In this document: one piece after another, positions 13,186-26,994 of the stretch
Numbering within the stretch: the stretch's first letter is position 1
How the letters are laid out: the number at the start of each line of letters is the position of its first letter
Assembly (NCBI GenBank): GCA_951406725.2
Contig: OX597822.1
Span: forward strand, 107,384,001-107,448,000
DNA from: Octopus vulgaris
Taxonomy: Eukaryota
DNA length: 64,000 bases
Direction: 5' to 3'
Notes under the pieces: model-generated
The model's input: only the letters and a program-made list of their open reading frames with translations
The model's database searches: none
What the model was told of the DNA's origin: nothing
Position numbers and translations under genes: made by a program

Positions 13186-13567
13186 GGAGGCGCAATGGCC
13201 CAGTGGTTAGGGCAGCGGACTCGCGGTCATAGGATCGCGGTTTCGATTCCCAGACCGGGCGTTGTGAGTGTTTATTGAGCGAAAACACCTAAAGTTCCAC
13301 GAGGCTCCGGAAGGGGATGGTGGTGATCCCTGCTGTACTCTTTCACCACAACTTTCTCTCACTCTTACTTCCTGTTTCTGTTGTACCTGTATTTCAAGGG
13401 GCCGGCATTGTTACTCTCTGTGTCACGCTGAATATCCCCGAGAATTACGTTAAGGGTACACGTGTCTGTGAAGTGCTCAGCCACTTACACGTTAAATTCA
13501 CGAGCAGGCTGTTCCGTTGATCGGATCAATCGGAACCCTCGTCGTCGTAACCGACGGAGTGCTTCCA
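13186..13567 (+). mobile_element. tRNA(Arg)-like SINE family C1 (possibly octopus OR1-type)
   Basis: Head GGCGCAATGGCCCAGTGGTTAGG (A box) and GTTTCGATTCC (B box); (CATC)n tail. Four copies in the window. Confidence 0.85.
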
Positions 13568-13971
13568 TCCATCCATCCGTCCATCCATATTTATAATCAG
13601 ATCCATTCATACAGGCAAACGTATACATGTATAAGCACACATACAGATACTTATAAATACCTTTATTCCATTCTTGTCATTTACCTATCATCATTGAATT
13701 ATTAGCACAAAACTAAGGTGGTACATTGACAGAACAGAGACCGTTTCTCAGAGCATTGTGAACGGCTACTGTTGAGGAGTAGGGGACTCTGGAATGGGGT
13801 GGATCTAATCAATAGATAAATAAAACTTGCAATAAAGCTTTAATGTATATGTTAAAAGGTTTTATGTAAATATGTTTCTGAAAAAGAGACACAGAAAGAG
13901 AGAGTGTGTGTGTGTCTATGTATGATGTATGTATATGTGTGCGTATATACACGCGTACATACATAAATACA

Positions 13972-14027
<56 letters not shown>

Positions 14028-14206
14028 GGGCTTAGTAAAATAACTTACTTTGCCACATACTGAACTTAGTAGAAATAGCAGCCCAAAAAAAATTTTTCTT
14101 AGCATTTCTACCACTTAAAGAAAATTTCTCTCAGATAATGTTTACTCCAGACAGCTCACGAAGGTTTGGGGGTAAATACAGAAAAATATCACAAGTACAT
14201 AGATCG

Positions 14207-14268
14207 TTTGAGTACGTCAACGTTTCAAGATTAGCCATGTAAATCAGCATTTCTTTCGTCAGCTCAAA
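14207..14268 (-). ncRNA. Type I hammerhead ribozyme motif (left arm copy)
   Basis: Mirror copy of 14575-14636 with an intact core. Confidence 0.75.
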
Positions 14269-14574
14269 ATTTCTTAATTTGGATTTGGAAACACTAAAAG
14301 AAGGAACTTTACCTATCAGCGTACTTGTCGCTTCAGATGAACCACTCCAATTGATATTATAATTCATTTCTCTCGGTCATACTGCCTCGGTCTCGCGGTT
14401 AAAATATAATGTTTGCTAGATAGACCACGTGGGTGGAATGGGGAGTGCAGAATTTTACGCCTGCGCATTTTGAATTTGTTGACACTGTTTAGTTGGAGTG
14501 GTTCATCTGAAGCGACAAGTACGCTGATAGGTAAAGTTCCTTCTTTTAGTGTTTCCAAATCCAAATTAAGAAAT

Positions 14575-14636
14575 TTTGAGCTGACGAAAGAAATGCTGAT
14601 TTATTTGGCTAATCTTGAAACGTTGACGTACTCAAA
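14575..14636 (+). ncRNA. Type I hammerhead ribozyme motif (canonical core)
   Basis: TTTGAG-CTGACGA-AAGA...TCTT-GAAA-CGT TG ACG-TA-CTCAAA; the cleavage triplet is GUA. Confidence 0.8.
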
Positions 14637-14914
14637 CGATCTATGTACTTGTGATATTTTTCTGTATGTACCCCCAAACCTTCGTGAGCTGTCTGGAGTA
14701 AACATTATCTGAGAGAAATTTTCTTTAAGTACTAGAAATGCTAAGACAAATTTTTTTTTGCTGCTATTTCTACTAAGTTCAGTATGTGGCAAAGTAAGTT
14801 ATTTTACTAAGCCCTAATTATATAATGTAATATTTTGAATTCGCCTTAAATGGTCCTTTTACATACTGAACACTTGGTGAAATTGATTAATTAATTAATT
14901 TTACCCTCAATTGT

Positions 14915-14954
<40 letters not shown>

Positions 14955-15002
14955 ACAGATGCATACACACACAAATACATACATTCACACACACACACAC
15001 AC

Positions 15003-15054
<52 letters not shown>

Positions 15055-15289
15055 ATATATATATATATAGAAATAGTGAACGTCTAAATGTCTCAAAGAG
15101 ACATGAGCGGTGATGGAGCGATAGAGTGGTTGTATACCGTCAACTTAACATGACAGTCCCATAGAGGGAATTACAACACCGCTGTTTAGCCCTAGGAAGC
15201 ATCGAACGCTTCCTGTCGGCTTTGACACATTTTCTGTGTCCTTATATTTGCGAAGGGGAGGCAAGCACGCCCACTATCTAGGATTTGCA

Positions 15290-15325
<36 letters not shown>

Positions 15326-15330
<5 letters not shown>

Positions 15331-16049
15331 GGAATTTACGAAAAACGAAAGACGAAGACAAGTGTATAAACAACAAACAGATGCATTTATTTAACGGCAG
15401 GGAAGTTGAGAGAGTCTTTTAACGTTTCGTGCCTACGCCCTTCAACAGAAAGGAACAACAGAAAGGCGGGGAGCTGGCAGAAATGTTAGCACGCAGAGCG
15501 AAATGCTAAGCGGTATTTCGTCTGCCGTTACGTTTTGAGTTCAAATTCTGTCGATGTCGACTTTGCCTTCCATCGTTTCAGGGTCGATAAATTACGTGCC
15601 AGTTACGCACTGGGTTCGATGTAATCGACTTAATCCCTTTGTCTGTCCTTGTTTGTCCTCTCTATGTTTAGTCCTTGGGGGCAATAAAGAAATAAGAAAG
15701 GAACACGAGTAAATAAACAGAGAGAGAATAGAAAAAAAAAGCTTTAGTGGCTAGCGTCGATCATGGCGGTTGGCTGGACGGAGGTGGTCAGATAGGAGAG
15801 CTAAGGAGACGGGCAGATAATAAGTGGTGATCCCAAAACGAAGGTGCTTGTGCGTTTGTATGCGAGAGTGTGCAAGCGCGTGTGTGTAGTGGATGGAGGT
15901 GGTGATAGAGGAGTGATGTATGCTGACCGAAATGTCGAGAAAGGAACCGGAAGTGCTGGAAATAGTGCAGGAGAATTCGAGGGCAGAATGGAACTAGTTG
16001 TTCACGGTTGAGCGACCGCATAGTTCAGGAGTGGGACCAGTGAATCTTG

Positions 16050-16050
<1 letters not shown>
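15326..16050 (-). mobile_element. Penelope-like terminal-repeat family E fragment, interrupted by SINE A
   Basis: Shares GACGAAGACA..GTG...ACAAACA.ATG and a minimal hammerhead-like motif (15416-15452) with copies at 18377-19420, 20960-21115, 26055-26215 and 47430-47617. Confidence 0.55.
15465..15694 (+). mobile_element. SINE family A (~230 bp)
   Basis: GGCGGGGAGCTGGCAGAAA head, GAGTTCAAATTC B box, central GTCGACTTTGCCTT.CATC...GTCGATAAATTA (resembles the Nin/Deu-type SINE domain), AAAGAAATA tail. Confidence 0.85.
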
Positions 16051-16130
<80 letters not shown>

Positions 16131-16140
16131 AAGAGAGTGG

Positions 16141-16321
16141 GAAAGAGCAGTTAAAGCCTACTTCCATCGTGTTGAATGACCGTTGTTTATGAAATGAAAA
16201 TAAAATAGAAACAAACGGACTTTTCTCCTTGGTACGAAAATGAAAAAGGTCCGTTTCTTTTATATTTTTCTAAAAACAATGGCCATTCAACACGTTAGAA
16301 TTTGGCTTTAACTGCTCTTTC
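16141..16321. repeat. Imperfect ~180-bp palindrome
   Basis: GAAAGAGCAGTTAAAGCC..CGTGTTGAATG pairs with CATTCAACACG..GGCTTTAACTGCTCTTTC. Confidence 0.8.
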
Positions 16322-16520
16322 TCCTTCTCTTTTTGTTTATATACATAATTTGCCGCTATCGGCCCAGCGACAGATTAGCAAGTGTGTTTGAACGTGGATG
16401 AAGAACTATGTTTCCTCTCTCTTTCTTCCTTTATACAGTATACTGAATACCTTGGGTTACGAATTGCTGTGTATAAATGAAGATAAATATATTTTATAGT
16501 TATATTTTTTCTTAAACTAT

Positions 16521-16925
16521 GGTAGGAGTGGCTGTGTGGTAAGTAACTTGCTAACCAACCACATGGTTCCGGGTTCAGTCCCACTGCGTGGCATCTTGGG
16601 CAAGTGTCTTCTGCTATAGCCCCGAGCCGACCAATGCCTTGTGAGTGGATTTGGTAGACGGAAACTGAAAGAAGCCTGTCGTATATATGTATATATATAT
16701 ATGTATGTATGTGTGTGTTTGTGTGTCTGTGTTTGTCCCCCTAGCATTGCTTGACAACCGATTCTGGTGTGTTTACGTCCCCGTCACTTAGCGGTTCGGC
16801 AAAAGAGACCGATAGAATAAGTACTGGGCTTACAAAGAATAAGTCCCGGGGTCGATTTGCTCGACTAAAGGCGGTGCTCCAGCATGGCCGCAGTCAAATG
16901 ACTGAAACAAGTAAAACAGAAAACA
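16521..16925 (+). mobile_element. Full-length tRNA-derived SINE family B (~400 bp, internal TA/TG microsatellite; possibly octopus OK-type)
   Basis: TGGCTGTGTGGTAAG A box, GGTTCAGTCCC B box, CTTGGGCAAGTG core, LINE-like tail. Confidence 0.88.
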
Positions 16926-17115
16926 GAAACAGAATACAACTGAAGATCGGAATATGTACTGCTAAATTAAGTTAATTTTTTTTAAAAATTGATTTATTTA
17001 GTTTGTACTTTAATCGTGAAACTAGTTTTGTATATATAAACCAAGAGAGAAAATGGAGAAAGATTAATAAAAATGTATTAATACATTGATAAGACATATA
17101 ATTTCTTCAATTCAA

Positions 17116-17536
17116 CGCTTGTACTATGAAATCAATCAAATTTAATTATTTTAATTTAATCAATTTGGTTAATTATTACAAATCAGAGTAACTTCATGGA
17201 AGAACGTACAAAGAAATTTATGAATATATCATATTCAAAACACAATGAAAACAATAATTGATCAAACATGAAAAATACAATGTACTATTAATATTAATGT
17301 ATAATATAAAAATATATACTGTTATAACATTTTATAACTGTATGTATTTTTATATTATGTTTAATGTCAATGGTACACTGTATCTTTCTTGTTTGATCAT
17401 TTAATGTTTTCATTATGTTTTAAATATTATATATAAAAATTTCTTTGTAAGTTCTTTCCTGATGATATTCTGACTTGTAATAATTAATCAAATTGATAAA
17501 ATCAAATTAAATTTGATTGATTTTATACTACAAGCG
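17116..17536. repeat. Old AT-rich ~420-bp palindrome
   Basis: CGCTTGTA.TAT.AAATCAATCAAATTTAATT pairs with AATTAAATTTGATTGATTTTATACTACAAGCG; centre near 17325. Confidence 0.8.
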
Positions 17537-18099
17537 AAACTTCAGTTTTTTTTTATATGCTAGACCACTGGTGTGAAATCGATGTTAATTAAATTAATAT
17601 CTAATTTATCACCCTCATTTTATATTCAAATTTAAATTAATACGTTCTCTAACCGGCAAAGGCCACTGCAGTAAAGTATTATCTGCAGCATCAGTTTTTC
17701 CGGTAATTTAGCGCGTCAAAACGAGGACATTTGAAATAGTAACCACGAGTGTAATGCACAGAACTGTTTACAGGTCTGACTTTATGCGGACGTCCTAGTA
17801 CGCAGTCCTGTAAATTATATTCATCTGGACGGTCGCACCGATGATCTACGGACATCTATGTAAGTAAAATTACGTAATATGTTAATAGCGAAACATGTGT
17901 GGGAATAATCCATATTTTTATTGCTTTTTCTTTTGTCTTGCTCGATTTCGTTTTGGTTGTTTTGCTAAATTTTTCTTGCGAACATTTCTTAGTGGTGAGA
18001 CCATAGCGGATCTATTTCTAGCATAAGTTTGTCCACATAGTGGTTTCCCTCTATATTTATATACATACATACAAACATATATATAACTATATATATTTA

Positions 18100-18327
18100 A
18101 GGCGGCGTGCTGGCAGAAACGTTAGCGTGCCGGGCGAAATGCTTAGCGGTGCTTCGTCTGCTGTCATGTTCTGAGTTCAAATTCCGCCGAGGTAGACTTT
18201 GCCCTTCATCCTTTCGGGGTCGATAAATAAAGTACCAGTTTCGCACTGGGGTCGGTGTAATCGACTTAATCCCTTTGTCTGTCCTTGTTTGTCCCCTCTA
18301 TGTTTAGCCCCTTGTGGGTAGTAAAGA

Positions 18328-18330
<3 letters not shown>
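18100..18330 (+). mobile_element. SINE family A
   Basis: Matches the family A consensus end to end. Confidence 0.88.
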
Positions 18331-18364
<34 letters not shown>

Positions 18365-18447
18365 ATATATATATCTACGGAGAATTTCACAAAAAGAAAC
18401 AAATGACGAAGACAGGTGGTGTAGAGAACAAACAAATGTATTAGTAT

Positions 18448-19338
18448 AAACTTAGATATGTTTCGACCAAAGATTGGTCCAGGCCATGTCTAACTTAATA
18501 GCACCACCTGATAGGATTATTTGAATCCTGTTTAAGTCAAGTTTTGCTTATGGTCCATTCAAGTAGTGAGTTTTTGTTGGGTGAGTTGTATCCAATTATG
18601 GGTGACTTATCTGGTATTCTTTGACGGAATCTATCCAGACTCCATTTAAAGTTGATGGGATCCTTTTCCTCTTTGATCTCTTTCGGGACAATGTTAAATA
18701 GGGCAGGACCTGTTGAGAAAAAGAAATTATGTTGCAGTGTACATGTATGCTGTGATCTTGAATTGGGCAGGGGACGTATGGCCCGTGGTCCCAGTCTTGG
18801 ATGAACCTTGAAGCTAATGTTCAGGTCGTTTGGGCAAAGTTGGCGGTATATTCTCCACAACGTGCAAATGATGTACCGCTCACGGCGACGCTGGAGAGAG
18901 TAGAGTTTCAAGGCTTTAAGGCGATCCCAATAATCGAGAGCAGCCATGCCTTCAATTCGTTTAGTGAGTGCCCTCTTGGGTGATTCAATCCTCGAGATGT
19001 TTTGTCTTGTATGGGGAGACCACAGTGGGCAGCAGTATTCGAGGTGTGGCCGTACAAAGGAGGAGAAAAGTGGTATGATGTCATCTTGTTCTCTGGACCG
19101 GAAAATTCTTAAGATCCAGGAACTCATCCTACGAGCTATATCGACCTTATTGTTGATGTGTGCACTCCAACTGAGATCGTCATCAACAATTATACCCAGG
19201 TCTCTGATATTGTTAGAGGCTGTGAGCGGTTCCCCTGAAGGAAGAGTGTATGGCTGTTTTAGTGACGAATTTCTTCCAAAATGCATCAGCTCAAATTTTC
19301 CCTCGTTCAGTTGCATTTTGTTTCTATCTGCCCAAACT
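18448..19338 (-). mobile_element. 5'-truncated CR1-group LINE inserted into a family E element
   Basis: ORF 18537-19343 contains MQLNEGK, IRDLGIIVD, FVRPHLEYCCPLWSP and LQRRRER. The flanks 18377-18447 and 19339-19420 join into one family E sequence. Confidence 0.9.
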
Positions 19339-19481
19339 CTCAAGAATTGAAAAAGTCTTTTATGTTTGGAGCCTACGCTCTCCCACAGAAAGGAACACAG
19401 AAAGAAACAAGGAGAGAAATGTATATATAAAAAATGGATATATATATATATATATATATAACGTGTGACATATAAGTGTGC

Positions 19482-19562
<81 letters not shown>

Positions 19563-19904
19563 TACTTATATGTCACACGTTAGTGTATATTTGTATGTGG
19601 GAAGAGACTTCAGAGTTGGACTGTAGATGACCCTCATCGGATCGTAGGCTGCACACATTTCTGCGTCGTTTCACGTTATCATCAACGACTACGGAATTCG
19701 TCATTTACAACTCCCTGGATACGACTTTCTGTACATGAGACCCGCAAATGAGGGGTGGGGGTGATGTGTACAATGAGTTCGGTATTATGTATATAGATTC
19801 AAAATTGTACTCAAGCACCCTCCCACACATACACACGCACACACATCCGTACGTAAACACACATATATTCATGAATCTATATGCAAGTATATATATATAT
19901 ACAT

Positions 19905-19946
<42 letters not shown>

Positions 19947-19986
19947 CTCTCTCTCTTTCTCTCTCTCACACTCTCTCTCTTTCTCT

Positions 19987-20031
<45 letters not shown>

Positions 20032-21435
20032 TATTTATACATATATATGTGTATATCTATCTATTCATCTATCTGCGTCTGTGTATGTGTGCGTCTATAT
20101 GTCAATATGATATATGTACATATTGAAATGATTGTGAAGATGCCAGGGATCCAGATAGGTCACAGATGTAATTTAGATAATCCATGAAAGGTAAACTGAT
20201 ATACAATCATCCAGTTTGGTTAGCAGTTGGAAAATAAACAGAACTCAGAAAGAAACTAATGAAATCCCGCCATTCCTAAGATAATTATATTGATACAGAG
20301 ATTCTTCGATATGTAACACTGGAAATAGCAGAATTCTTCTCACTGGTATTAATGTTGTTTTTGCTGTTGTTGATAATGTTGTTTGGTTAATTTTTTTGTT
20401 GTTATTATTTAAGACCATGTCATCCTTGATTAAGCAGATATATAACCAATATTATTCCATCTGTGATTATTCTTATCGGTTTACATTCTTAGATTACAGT
20501 ATCGAATTTGTTTGTTCATCTATTTTTAAGCTGGGGATATATAATTTGAATAAGGTTTGGTTGTTATTTTTAGAGTGTCAAGCAATCATATATAGAAACT
20601 ATTTTCTCTTTGATTTGCTCTTCTACTGTTTATCAACTACATGAAAAAACAGTAGTATAAGGAATGTATAGATAAATATTCTGAAGCAAAGAACGAAATA
20701 TTATTTCAGGAGAATTCTTTCAATTTACGAGTGATTTATGAGTCAATACACAAAGAATGAGTCATGCTAAATTTAATTTCTCATATGTTCATGTGATAAA
20801 TGAAATTGCATTTTTTTTATATATATATTTTCACTGTATTGCAATATTCATTCCAGAACTTTCGATTTCAACTGAGAGAGCTTGGGTTCAAATTTGCACC
20901 AAAAGTCTTTGAAACAAGTAGGTTTCTAATTACAGAATGGCACAAGAAGTTTATCATACGAAGACAAAGTAAAAAGAAAAACAGGCAGAGTGCATTCGGT
21001 TTACGCTCAGAAAATACGATGAGATAAGAAGAAAGACTTTTACATTTCGGGCATACGCTCTTCTTCTAAAACAAAAATTGACAAGCAGAGAAAAATGGAG
21101 AAAGGAACACATGTCTTTTAAGCATCGATTTAAAATAACTAATTTTAAATATATGAAATTAGTGACGTGGTCGGCTGGAGTTAGATTTCGTTGTCATGGG
21201 CAAATCCCTTCGTGCGTAGTGCAGTCTGAACTGTCGGCAATTTAAATGGAATGACATCTCATAATTAAGTAACTACGGTTCATACACATACACACAGACA
21301 CGCACACGCACGCACACACGCACTCATATATGCACACGCGCACACATGCAACCGCGCTCTCACACATTCCTCATATACGTGGTCACATTCATTTTATACA
21401 CCTTCACTCATATTCACCTACATGCACACGCACGT

Positions 21436-21800
<365 letters not shown>

Positions 21801-21870
21801 TATTTATCTCTCTCTGTGTCTGTCCATCTGTCCGTCTGTCTGTTTGTCTATCTATCTATTGATACATCTG

Positions 21871-21918
<48 letters not shown>

Positions 21919-22349
21919 CGCGTGTGTGTGTATCTGTTTCTTCATATGTCCATAAAAATACAATTCCAGGATGCACCTGCATAAAGAACGAAAAAGAGAG
22001 AGAGAGAGATACAGAGAGAGAGAAAGGCAGATAGAGAGAAAGGGAGATAGAGAGAAAGAGAGAGCCAAAAGTATGAGGCAGAGGAAAAAGGAGAGAAAGA
22101 AAATAGAGAAGGAGGAGTGAGATTTGCCGAGAGAAAATTGAGAAATAAGAAATGCAGCGAGAGTTTGAAAAGGAAGGATAATATGAAACAGAAGCAGCGA
22201 AAGAACGAAATAGACTAAGAAGGAGAGAAGGATTAAAACGAAAAAGAGAGATATGAGTGGCCAATCACAGCCCATCTGTGCACCATTATATGTTGACTGA
22301 AGCGGGGATGCGCTCATACACCAAAGCACTTCATACCTTTGTCTGTGAA

Positions 22350-23240
22350 TTACTTACAAACAATCCAGGCGCTGATATCAAATAATTCTATGATAGTGGA
22401 CTTAACCAAATTTCGATGTCTTCCGCTTACAAATATTCAGTACATTTCAGAACATCAATACACAGATAATAGCGACCATTTCTTTCAAGTGCTTCCACAA
22501 CCGCAGAAATCAGTTATCAATTTGATATTCGATTCCACAGAGAATATCAAGTAAAATCAAAGGCTTCACTAAAACGTCTCAGAAAACGGATCGTCCGGAT
22601 TTCCACATCCCTATCTCTGATGCATGTTCCGATGAAATTGATCACATTCCTCCATCTTGGAAATATTCTTTCCAATTTCAAATGTATTTCTAAGAAGCAT
22701 TTGGAACACAGAATTGGATCAATTCAGTCAGCATTTGGTAACCAGGGAAAATGTGTCTCAAAGTGGGAAAGATATTTCCTAGAAAATGGAGTTGATGATG
22801 TATTAAGCTGTCGTTGTCTCATTATTATTATACAGTTGTGAATCATGGAATATCATTGGCGGGGCATCGAAATGTGAAGCAATTCCATCACGAAAAGCGT
22901 AGCCCCATGCTAAGCATCAAGTGGGAATAATATATAACCAAAAATGTTATCCTAGAAGAAGCTAAAATCGTAGTGTAGAATCGTGAAACATCAATTTCTG
23001 CTGGTCACGTCATGTGGTTCGAATGAAATGAAAGAAGTTTCCCGAAGGAAAAGGAGAAAAAGGGAATATCATGACTACTGTCACAAAGACCATCTAAAGT
23101 GGTTCTTCAAAATGGCTGAAATTAAAGCAGAAACCTAATATACGGCAGCCCATAAGTTTTCCGACAAGCGTCAGTGCATTATTTGGCGGTCCGACATGTT
23201 TTGAAATCAAAAATAAAAGTTGAAGATGAATGCAAAGAAC
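22350..23240 (+). mobile_element. Highly decayed RTE-clade LINE fragment
   Basis: Across frameshifts it reads FLHLGNILS, RIGSIQSAFG, AVVVSLLLYSCESW, MLSIKWE and WSRHVVRM. Confidence 0.7.
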
Positions 23241-23289
23241 GAATGATACAACACCAACAACAGCAACAATCAATATCACCACCAGCACC

Positions 23290-23327
<38 letters not shown>

Positions 23328-23692
23328 CAACAGCAACAACAATAACGACAACAACAATAACACCAACACCCACCATCACCGCCACTAATACACTTCGCCA
23401 ACCGTTACAATGTCTGCTGGCATCTGATTGAGTTGTTCCTTTGGGGAGAAACGTTCATTCAGATGGAAATTGAAATTATAGGACGCGACAAGCAGCCCGT
23501 GACGATGATAACTGATAACAGTACATATCTATATGGACGTTTTGGGAGTGTGTGTATATGTGCATATACATACATACATACATACATATATATTTATGCA
23601 TGTATGTATGTGTATATGTATGTGCGTGTGTGTGTATACATACATCCATATATATATATATGTATGTATGCATATGTATGTATGTTTATATG

Positions 23693-23725
<33 letters not shown>

Positions 23726-23846
23726 ATGTATGTATGCATATGTATGTATGTTTATATGTATATATGTATATATATATATACCGGAGTAAACACATAAATG
23801 TGAAACAAGGTGGAAAAAAGAGTACTCTAATACCAGGGGTAGAGTA

Positions 23847-24014
23847 ATATGCTTTATTTAAAAGCAGCAGAAAATTCAAGAAAACATGTTACTCTGAGTT
23901 TCACGTTCCCGTTCGCCGGACAGTTTCTGCTAGAAAAACTGTCCGACGAACGGAACGTGAAACTCAGAGCAACAGGTTTTGTTGAATTTTCTGCTGCTTT
24001 TAAATAAAGCATAT
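23847..24014. repeat. ~168-bp palindrome with a hammerhead-like motif in each arm
   Basis: Plus 23939-23975 reads CTGT-CCGACGA-ACG GAA CGT-GAAA-CTC A GAG-CA-ACAG. The minus arm has CCGGCGA and GAG-TA. Confidence 0.8.
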
Positions 24015-24034
24015 ATATATATATATATGAAGTA

Positions 24035-24261
24035 CATGGCTTCGTGGCTCGGGCCGTTCCACCCACGATTGCGAGATTGTGGGTTCCATTCCCAGACCAG
24101 GCGTTGAGTTGTGTTCTTCAGCAAAGCAGGTAATGTCGATTTGATAGAGAGAGTGAGCTTAAGTGTACACACATATTTGATCACTATAAAGAAATCATCG
24201 TTGTGGTTTTCGGCTAGAAATTGCCGAAAACTCATATGTCCTCTACGACGGGAGAGTCCAT

Positions 24262-24262
<1 letters not shown>
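24035..24262 (+). mobile_element. Degenerate SINE family H with RTE-like tail
   Basis: Homologous to 12-262; ends CTCATATGTCCTCTACGACGGGAGAGTCCAT. Confidence 0.55.
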
Positions 24263-24320
<58 letters not shown>

Positions 24321-24681
24321 GTAAAAAGGGGTTTGTATGATTGTGTATATATTATTCAATATTATTGGATATATATTATTCAAAGAAATTCCAACTATGT
24401 CTGTTTTTTATGTTTTATTTATGTTCTTTATAATATTAATGTAGAATATAAAATATATAGTATAAATAATATATATATAGTAAAATGAAATGAAGTATTG
24501 ATTGTCTTAGTGAATAGATGAAACATTGAATATAAAATATTAGGGGACTAGTAAAGTTTCTTGCATTAAAGCAGTCTTCAATGTCCCAAGCACCTCGGGA
24601 TGGGGCTGAACCCGAAATCACGTAGTTGCAACGCGAATTTCTAACTATTGTGCCATGCGTATGTGTATGTGAGTTTGTGTT

Positions 24682-24722
<41 letters not shown>

Positions 24723-24953
24723 CTGAATATATTTCTAGTTTCTGTATTATTCAAAAACTACAAAATCAATTGTATCATAAAAACGGGATCTGTTGTATTT
24801 AATCTGACATACACTTCAGTAATCGGTTAGAATTGAGTTCTTAAATAATGATAAACAGGTGGTGAATTCGACGCAAGAATTTCTTCAAATCTTCTCTCTT
24901 GACAGACATTATTTTATAGGCTTAGACAGGTTTATATGCTCTTAGTACATGGT

Positions 24954-25002
<49 letters not shown>

Positions 25003-25254
25003 CATTTGAAATGATTGCGCTAATTTTAAGAGACAGTACGAGTATATAAAAGTGCAATAAAGAATATAGTATTTATTATCGATAGGTGTATGGAGATATA
25101 TGTATATTAGACTTATCAGTAGACGTAAATGTGTCTATTCATGATGTTCTGTACATGGTAATGTTTGTTTAGATGCGTAAGTCGTTACAAATGCTACTGT
25201 GTATAATTCTTATTAGTATAAGTGAATTGACATACACACACGCACACACATATG

Positions 25255-25308
<54 letters not shown>

Positions 25309-25487
25309 AATGAATGTGTGTGTATATGTATGTATAGACAGATAAACATATACACATATACATATGTATATTATATGTCTTCTTTTTTATTCTTTTCCTT
25401 GTTTCAGTTATTTGACTGCTACCATGCTGGAGCACAGCCTTTAGTCGGACAAATCGACTCCAAGATTTATTCTTTATTCTATATTTA

Positions 25488-25665
25488 TTCTATATTTAAG
25501 AGATGAGGAATTGGGTACATTATTTACATTTGACAGATATTTCTTTTCATCTTGTTTGTTGTTAACACAACATTTCGGCTGATATACCCTCCAGCCTTCA
25601 TCAAGCGTCTTGGGGAAATTTCGAACCTGGGTTCTCATTCCTAAGGTATTTTTCGATGTTATTAT
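25488..25665 (-). mobile_element. Penelope-like repeat with minimal hammerhead (25564-25609)
   Basis: GACGC-TTGATGA-A-GGCTG GAGGGTATAT CAGCC-GAAA-TGTT-GTGTT. Homologue at 59040-59210. Confidence 0.65.
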
Positions 25666-25829
25666 TGTTATAATAATTCTGGCCACTGCTTGGAATCGAA
25701 CTCAGAATCTTGGAGTTAGTAGCCCGCGCTCTTGACCAATACACCATATGCCCGTGGGCATGTAATAATGTATAATAATATATAATATAATGATAGTAAT
25801 AATAATAACAATAATAATAATAATAGATG

Positions 25830-25886
<57 letters not shown>

Positions 25887-26054
25887 GTAGGTAGGTTTAC
25901 GTGCGTGTGCATGTGGGTGAATATGAGTGAAGGAATATAAAATGAGTGTGTCCAGGTATAGGATGAATGTTTTCATTTCTCATTGTCTTCAACGCATTTG
26001 TTGGATGCCCTGTACCCATATATGCATTACACATATATATAGGTATGTACATAT

Positions 26055-26215
26055 ATGTTTCTCTCCTTGTTTTCTGTGTCCCTCTCTGTAGAAGAGCGTA
26101 GGCTCCAAACGTAAATGACTTTTTCTATTCTTGAGCGTTATACTAATGCATCTGTTTGTTTTGTACACCACCTGTCTTCGTCTTTTGTTGTTTTTTCGTA
26201 AACTCTCCCTATATA
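26055..26215 (+). mobile_element. Family E fragment with hammerhead-like motif (26082-26117)
   Basis: CTGTAGA-A-GAGC GTAG GCTC-CAAA-CG-TA. Confidence 0.6.
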
Positions 26216-26994
26216 TATACGGACTTCTTTCAGTTTCCGTCTACCAAATCGACTCACAGGGCCTTGGTCAGCCCGAGGCTATAGTAGAAGACATTCATAT
26301 TTGCACGCAGTGGGACTGAACCCGGAACCATGTGGCTGGGAAGAAAAAACTTCTTACCACGCAGCTTTTTTCTAAATTTTAATATTTTGAGTATACTTAC
26401 ATTTCAGCTTCTTATAAATTGCCAAAGATCTATACATTTGAAAAATGTTGTTTATTGATTAATATCTCAACGAGCCCGACGGCTGATTCCTTTCTAAGTC
26501 GAATTGTATTAAAATTCAAAGAGATTCAGTTATGACATTATTTTTTTTATTATATGCAGCCTATTTTTGCTCTATTGCCTGTATTTTGTGCAGAAGTAAT
26601 AAAAGAAATTTCACTAATATATATAAAAATACGTTTTGCATGTAATCAAATTAGTTATAAAACATAGAAAACAGAATTACCTAATTAAAAATGAATGTCT
26701 TACCTGTTGCAGCCATTAAAAAATATTGTCTTCAAATTTTAAAGAAGCAATATTTAAACCAAACTGACTCTAACTGAATTATTTTCATATTTCTAGAAAA
26801 TAATATTTTAAGAATTATGTTTTAGGACTATATAACCACACATGCTAACTAATCAAATATTAAGTCGATAAAAATTCAATATGCCGGAGAATTTGTAACA
26901 ATCTGTTTTTTTTTTTTATTAAATTTAACTTGACAACCCTAAAGTAATACAAAAAATGGCGTTGTTATGTACTTCTATTGATTAAAGATAAGCA

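Larger units (their letters stand above)
14021..14824. repeat. Large inverted repeat (~330-bp arms, 142-bp spacer) adjoining (TA)n; Penelope-like terminal structure
   Basis: 14021-14350 is the reverse complement of 14493-14824 with few mismatches. Confidence 0.9.

Noticed and set aside
13186-13262. tRNA-like sequence (also heads of the other SINEs)
   Set aside because: It is attached to repeated SINE bodies and lacks a proper cloverleaf, so it is not a tRNA gene.
14131-14792. Mirror ORFs of 78 and 99 aa with near-identical peptides
   Set aside because: They are a by-product of the inverted repeat, show no recognisable domain, and overlap the ribozyme.
19600-19790. LPGYDFLY..GGG-like peptide suggesting a LINE AP endonuclease
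   Set aside because: Too short and frameshifted to support a call.
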